This document shows positions 59,296-64,000 of a stretch of DNA of 64,000 nucleotides, in pieces (position 1 is the stretch's first letter; every line of letters starts with the position of its first letter). Location of the stretch: positions 128,001 to 192,000 of IMG/VR virus record IMGVR_UViG_3300011989_000257; one strand, given 5' to 3'. This DNA comes from a virus. Taxonomy: Duplodnaviria > Caudoviricetes. The notes beneath the pieces were generated by a model. The model did no database searches. It saw only the letters and a list, made by a program, of their open reading frames with translations, and was not told where the DNA came from. The position numbers were made by a program, and so were the translations under genes.

Positions 59296-59528
59296 AGCCT
59301 AAATCTCCTATATTTTTGAATTATGGTGCAAAGATACGAAATTCTGGCGAAACTACCAAATAAATCTATAAAAAAATTACGTTCAATTGAAAATATTTCC
59401 ACTTTCTTTACAAATCCCTATATACCTTATTATAATATATTATATAGGGAAAAATTAAATTTAAAATAAATCTATTTTTATTTGGCTATTCCAATTTTTT
59501 TTCGTATCTTTGCAAAAAATTTAGAGAT

Positions 59529-59750
59529 ATGGATAAAAATAGTAACGTAAGAGTAGTAGGATTCCCAAAGAACTCCTACGACAAAGAATGGCTCGATTCG
59601 ATTAACGATAGAGAGCGTAGTGAGGCAGCGTGTGCTGATGGCGATACCCAAATTTGGGGTAGTCTTACTGAGTTTCAAGATGACCTACATCTTAATGGCG
59701 CTGGACGTAATATTATTGACCTTAATTGGATTTATTTCTTAAACGATTGA
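59529..59750 (+). CDS. Hypothetical protein
   Basis: Promoter 59481-59514. Confidence 0.7.
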   Translation: MDKNSNVRVVGFPKNSYDKEWLDSINDRERSEAACADGDTQIWGSLTEFQDDLHLNGAGRNIIDLNWIYFLND

Positions 59751-59754
59751 TTTT

Positions 59755-60120
59755 ATGACATCAACAACCGAATTAAACGAAGCAAGAAAGAAGTTATATA
59801 GGGTATCTGATGATACCCTTTTACTTGTGAACAAAGTAAGGGAAACGCTCATTCATTTATTTCCTAAAGTCGAAGTGAGTGGTATTCGTATTGATTCCAA
59901 TCAACTGAAGATAAATGACCTATATGTGCAGATGATTGAGATAGACCCTCAAACATTGGGAAGTATATTGATTCATTGGTATCCTGATTATAAGGTATCC
60001 ACAAAATCAGACCCATATTGTTCCATATATATGCTCACGGAAGAGGAGATAAAGGATATATGGCGGTATCTCAAGAAAGTGCAATTATTTTCAATGAAAC
60101 ATAACGAGCACCCTCAGTAA
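59755..60120 (+). CDS. Hypothetical protein
   Basis: Coupled ORF. Confidence 0.7.
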   Translation: MTSTTELNEARKKLYRVSDDTLLLVNKVRETLIHLFPKVEVSGIRIDSNQLKINDLYVQMIEIDPQTLGSILIHWYPDYKVSTKSDPYCSIYMLTEEEIKDIWRYLKKVQLFSMKHNEHPQ

Positions 60121-60398
60121 GAGGGTGTAACGTTGTTGTTGTACTTATTTAAGTCTTATGTATGGCATTTTGGTAGGTAAATACGCCATTTACTTATCAA
60201 AGTGTCACAGACGTACATACGGAAAATTTTCAAAGTGTTACTGAAAAATATGCTTATACTTACATTTTGTACTTTTTCAAGTACATAATATATCTAAATA
60301 ATGCTTAATTTATTTGGTTATTTAAGATTTTTTCTATATCTTTGCATTAGCATATTATATTTTATAGAAAAAATAAACAACTTAATAACTAAACAATT

Positions 60399-60734
60399 AT
60401 GGCATATTTTAAAATTTCAGAACCAAATCAACCTACAAAATGGATTAAAGAGGTTGATGGAGCAAACGGTACAATTACATTCCAAAACACTAAAGAAAAT
60501 GCATATTACCAAGATGAAGGATTCTTCGCTGACTCAGAACTAGATTATATTAAACATCACTTCATGAAAGACTACCCAGAACTAGAATATATGACAATCG
60601 ATAGTGAATGGGGTGACTGTGAGGAAGATGTAGATGCAGCAGATGAACCTATGCCTATGGATTTGGTAGGCGCACCAGCAGCAGAAGCAAGACCACAAGC
60701 ACCTATCCTAGACGATTTAGCTTGGAATGATTAA
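60399..60734 (+). CDS. Hypothetical acidic protein, paralog of 60868..61086
   Basis: Promoter 60313. Motif IK..D....AY....ELDYIKHH....PELE.M. Confidence 0.75.
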   Translation: MAYFKISEPNQPTKWIKEVDGANGTITFQNTKENAYYQDEGFFADSELDYIKHHFMKDYPELEYMTIDSEWGDCEEDVDAADEPMPMDLVGAPAAEARPQAPILDDLAWND

Positions 60735-60867
60735 CATGTGCATCATTTCGCTGATGCTCAATGGTAACAACGTTGACGTTGTACGCTATCTCACTAGCGT
60801 TCAATAGCAACAACAGTGCTGTTGTACTTTTTTAAGTCTATTTATAATTTTTAAATCGTTTAAAACT

Positions 60868-61086
60868 ATGGCAAAAGGAGTAGCAAAAAATAAAGATGGT
60901 CTCATGATTAAATCATATGACCTATCAACAGAAACACTTGAATTGACAACTGATATCAATGAGGCATATAACTATGGATATATGGGAGAACAAGAAACAA
61001 ATAATGACTTGGATTTCCTAAGACACCATATGGGAAATATACATAAAGAACTTGAAACCATGAAGTATACCGTAGTTACAACATAA
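60868..61086 (+). CDS. Hypothetical protein, paralog of 60399..60734
   Basis: IK.YD...EAY...DLDFLRHH...KELETM. Confidence 0.7.
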   Translation: MAKGVAKNKDGLMIKSYDLSTETLELTTDINEAYNYGYMGEQETNNDLDFLRHHMGNIHKELETMKYTVVTT

Positions 61087-61321
61087 TTATGTACTTTTTT
61101 AAGTACTAATACATACTCATAAAATACATTAAAAAGATGACATATATTGGTAATATGCCATCTTTTTTATTTTTATCCCTTAAGAAAATAAATATCACAT
61201 ATAGCTTAATTATAGCCCATTGTACGCTATCTCACTTCGCCTATGGCTCGATTGTGGACAAGTCCACAAGCTAGCGTTCAATAGCAACAACACTGTTGGT
61301 GTTGTACTTTTTTAAGTACAT

Positions 61322-61870
61322 TTATCCAAAGTAGTGTCCCTCCTCACTCCATCTTCCATCTGGTTCGTATACTGGCTCCATATGTCTCATACTAGGTGGT
61401 CTATTGATTGCCACATTACCATGATGGACACATGTATCGGTAAAAGGGTTATTCTTAAATGTATTCTCAATACTGCTACCCTCCTCTATAGCTTTGGATA
61501 ATTCACTGAAACTATTCTTGATTATAATTTCCTTCTTACCCTTTTTGCAAGCAATATAGGGATGTTTCATATGAGAAATAACCTCACGTTGCCAAGCTAA
61601 TAGATAAATGTGACAGTCATTCAAGAATTTCTCAAACGCTTCCAAAGTATAATATGTCTTGGGAGTCCTATTGGTATCAGACCATTCGTAGAAATATATA
61701 CAGCCAATAACACCGCTGTTAAATAAAGAGGGCTGATATGTAGTAGGATTTGGTCTATGTGTTACTACACTGCCGTATTCCCTTGGTTTATTTTTGTTCG
61801 TTAAATGTGCAAAAAATAACTTCTTTAATTCCTTACTTAAATTAGCCATAAATTTATATATTATTTCCAA
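61322..61870 (-). CDS. Hypothetical protein
   Basis: Shares IYFY...TL..F..F with 61878..62609. Confidence 0.7.
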   Translation of the reverse strand: MEIIYKFMANLSKELKKLFFAHLTNKNKPREYGSVVTHRPNPTTYQPSLFNSGVIGCIYFYEWSDTNRTPKTYYTLEAFEKFLNDCHIYLLAWQREVISHMKHPYIACKKGKKEIIIKNSFSELSKAIEEGSSIENTFKNNPFTDTCVHHGNVAINRPPSMRHMEPVYEPDGRWSEEGHYFG

Positions 61871-61877
61871 AAAAATA

Positions 61878-62609
61878 TTATTGACTTAATTCGCTAATTG
61901 GACATACTTCATATACCATATCACTAAATGATTCCTTGGCAACAATCTCCATGATTCCATCCTCCCTTAACTTGGGGTCTAAACATGTGTGACTAATCCT
62001 ACGATATGCAATGTCCATTCCAACCTCCCTAGGGACAGTATAACCTTGGTCAGCACAAAAATCACTGAAACCACTTAAGGTCTCAAATTCCAATCTGTCA
62101 CTCTTATTCAAATAGTCTGGATAATAATATATCATCTTGCCATCCTCAATACCACTAGAATCAAGGTCATAATACCCAGCGTAATCACCAACCTCATCTG
62201 GATTATCCTCATCACCACTGTAAGGAACATTTATATTAATAACCTTTGTAGCCTTACCTTTCCTATGTTTGCGCTTGTTATGCCTCTTCTCCATCTTCTC
62301 CAACGTCTCCCAATATTGACCATATGGGTCAAGAGACTTACGCTTGCCTTTTCTCTTATTGCGCTCATGAGAAGCGGATGTTGGTGGCCATATCGTATCA
62401 GCATCATCCATTTCCATACCAGGAAATATAATGCCTTGCTGCATTAGCCACATTACCTCATCATCTTCAGCCCAATCATAACCACTACCGTATCTTCTGC
62501 TGTAATGATTGGATTTACTAACTTCATGACAATCCTCAAGATATTCATGAAATAAATCATGCAATTTCCACCTTATATTATTTAAAGGTATAGTTATTTT
62601 CTTCGACAT
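61878..62609 (-). CDS. Hypothetical protein
   Basis: Promoter 62636. Confidence 0.75.
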   Translation of the reverse strand: MSKKITIPLNNIRWKLHDLFHEYLEDCHEVSKSNHYSRRYGSGYDWAEDDEVMWLMQQGIIFPGMEMDDADTIWPPTSASHERNKRKGKRKSLDPYGQYWETLEKMEKRHNKRKHRKGKATKVININVPYSGDEDNPDEVGDYAGYYDLDSSGIEDGKMIYYYPDYLNKSDRLEFETLSGFSDFCADQGYTVPREVGMDIAYRRISHTCLDPKLREDGIMEIVAKESFSDMVYEVCPISELSQ

Positions 62610-62788
62610 CTATTAATTATATTTTAATATATCAATGCAAATATATCTAAAAAATATTTAATTACCAAATATTATGGAAATATTTATATAACATTAACAT
62701 TGATATTTTTTGGAAATATTTTCTGGAATAAAGAAACAACAGTTTTTTATGTTGTTTTTTATCATATTTTTCCATATATTTTTTCATT

Positions 62789-62983
62789 TCATTTTGACAT
62801 TTCTGCTGAGAACGCAATACCTCCAATTATAGCCCAACTACCAACCATAGATAATGCAATAGTCATTATTGTATCGTCATCAAGTTTTTCGAAAAAAGAT
62901 GGGTCATAATAATACCATATTCCTATCGCAAAATTTGCGATAAAAAGCATTACAATTACTATATCTACTACTTTGTTATACAT
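62789..62983 (-). CDS. Small two-TM membrane protein
   Basis: Two hydrophobic segments. Confidence 0.5.
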   Translation of the reverse strand: MYNKVVDIVIVMLFIANFAIGIWYYYDPSFFEKLDDDTIMTIALSMVGSWAIIGGIAFSAEMSK

Positions 62984-63208
62984 ATGTTATCGCTAAACAT
63001 CTTCATATAATTTATCGAATATCGATAAACAATCATCGAAAAACAATAAACATTTATCGAAAATCAAGCAAGGATTTATTGATAAACGATAAGCCTTAGA
63101 AATGTAAATTATTTATCATTTATTTTAACTTATTAATTTTCAAGTACTTATAGTGTTTTATAGGTCTATTTTCGGTAATTATTCATGATTACTATACGTT
63201 CCCATGTG

Positions 63209-63511
63209 TTATCGTTTTCTTCTTGGTTTATATAGGAAGAATTTTTTAAAGTTGTTTACTTGTTTTTCATTTTTTGGTTGCACTTTTTTAAATCGTTCCA
63301 AGATTTTGAATAGTTCGATTATATTTTCTGTTTGTATGGCTTTAAGGAATTTATAGAGCACATGTGTTTCTGGAAGCATATATTTTCTATTATGTGCTTC
63401 GGTTTTATCAATATCTGAGTAGAGCCATTGTAGTAAGATTCTAAACTGTGTATATAGTTTATTTTCTTTTGTAAGTTTTACAATTCTTTTTGATTTGTCG
63501 TTAATAATCAT
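63209..63511 (-). CDS. Hypothetical protein
   Basis: Coupled ORF. Confidence 0.65.
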   Translation of the reverse strand: MIINDKSKRIVKLTKENKLYTQFRILLQWLYSDIDKTEAHNRKYMLPETHVLYKFLKAIQTENIIELFKILERFKKVQPKNEKQVNNFKKFFLYKPRRKR

Positions 63512-63900
63512 ATCAATCTTATATTCTTTCCTTTTTCTGAGTCAAAGTATCTTCTCATATATTCTATGAGGTTTACGAGATACTCTTCATCTAGTCTTGA
63601 GAGTGTATCATTAAACTTATCCAATAGTCTTTTTCTGCTTATGTCAAAAGTTCCATTTTGTATGAATTCTTGTTCACATTCAGACATCAATTCTCCCATT
63701 GGTGTACTGTATACCCACAGCCATTCTTCGAGTATGTCATATATTCTATGGGGTCTTACAGCAATGGTTGTCATATATATTCCGAAGAGGTTATGTTGTT
63801 TAAGGAGTTTATAGAGTTTTCTAGTTCTTTCCTCAAGTGATTCCTTTGGCTGTTGTTGGTAAGTTTGTTTACCTTCAACTGTAGATTGGTAATAATACAT
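63508..63900 (-). CDS. Hypothetical protein
   Basis: ORF with an A-rich leader. Confidence 0.65.
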   Translation of the reverse strand: MYYYQSTVEGKQTYQQQPKESLEERTRKLYKLLKQHNLFGIYMTTIAVRPHRIYDILEEWLWVYSTPMGELMSECEQEFIQNGTFDISRKRLLDKFNDTLSRLDEEYLVNLIEYMRRYFDSEKGKNIRLI

Positions 63901-64000
63901 GGTTATTTTATAATTGTTTAAGTGTATTCATTACTTTTTGGTATGTTCCTCTAGCTGTTATTCTTCCACGATGGCATTCTATTCTATAGAAGTCTCTGAT

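Larger units (their letters stand above)
32620..61319 (+). repeat. Dispersed quasi-palindrome TGTACTT-N4-AAGT(C/AC), 9 copies
   Basis: At 32620, 33044, 34484, 34858, 60141, 60269, 60824, 61091 and 61304. Confidence 0.8.
31423..62668. promoter_or_regulatory. Family of ~44 Bacteroidota sigma-A-type promoters (TTTGG-N~19-TATCTTTGCA)
   Basis: Minus-strand copies read TGCAAAGATACGAAA...CCAAA on + at about 31423, 33404, 33816, 35591, 36690, 38310, 38999, 39863, 40377, 41042, 42191, 43141, 44060, 44782, 45583, 46509, 46876, 47433, 48333, 48897, 49331, 50212, 50872, 52043, 52497, 52895, 53606, 54679, 55378, 55882, 56885, 57425, 58650, 58792, 59327 and 62636. Plus-strand copies at 18704, 20826, 28135, 31837, 32673, 33914, 59481 and 60313. 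They match the -33 TTTG / -7 TAnnTTTG consensus. Confidence 0.9.

Noticed and set aside
33404-59360. CRISPR array formed by the ~34-bp repeats
   Set aside because: Spacing is hundreds to thousands of bp with genes in between, the repeats match the Bacteroidota promoter consensus, and no cas genes are present.
36664-60543. Extended N-termini or ORFs containing FSYLC/ISYLC/FVSLH (track ORFs 36343, 43872, 44537, 49376, 52884, 55665, 60301)
   Set aside because: These peptides are translations of the promoter sequence; the true starts lie downstream or the ORF is spurious.
34837-61303. AAC-containing hairpins as a DGR template repeat
   Set aside because: Too short, and no similarity to the lectin-gene 3' ends.
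1-64000. Alternative genetic code (TAG read as Gln, as in Lak phages)
   Set aside because: Long genes are intact in the standard code, and TAG ends several genes (18998, 30660, 52764) just before terminators or out-of-frame next starts.

Overview
AT-rich (roughly one-third GC) segment of a large lytic-type dsDNA phage, read in the standard genetic code. The host is inferred to be Bacteroidales, from about 44 copies of the Bacteroidota sigma-A promoter TTTG-N~20-TAnnTTTG. (1) 1-18.6 kb, minus strand: tail-fibre and adhesin genes. These include a YadA-like SHAEG-repeat fibre, three C-type-lectin-fold paralogs with DGR-like variable C-termini, a BspA/LRR protein and a 1641-aa multidomain GH2 glycoside hydrolase. 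Several share one ~40-aa N-terminal anchor module, and most are preceded by a TATTTAT late-type motif. (2) 19-30.4 kb: a family B DNA polymerase flanked by putative head-packaged proteins (PRTase-like, ferritin-like, ADP-ribosyltransferase-like), a holin-like gene and a 4-member paralog array. (3) 30.4-30.6 kb: a junction with G/C tracts and a near-perfect parS site, followed by a sigma-70 gene. (4) 31-61 kb: an early region of dozens of promoter-leader-small ORF-terminator cassettes, including an SF1 helicase, HNH, GP88-like and DUF932 genes. It also holds a large non-coding RNA complement: a ~1.1-kb structured ncRNA unit, a two-copy ncRNA with a conserved scaffold and variable core, two tRNA-like RNAs, a tRNA-Leu(TAA), and 3' trailers antisense to translation-initiation regions. 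No reverse transcriptase, DGR template repeat or CRISPR array was seen. All calls come from reading the sequence by eye; no searches or folding programs were run.
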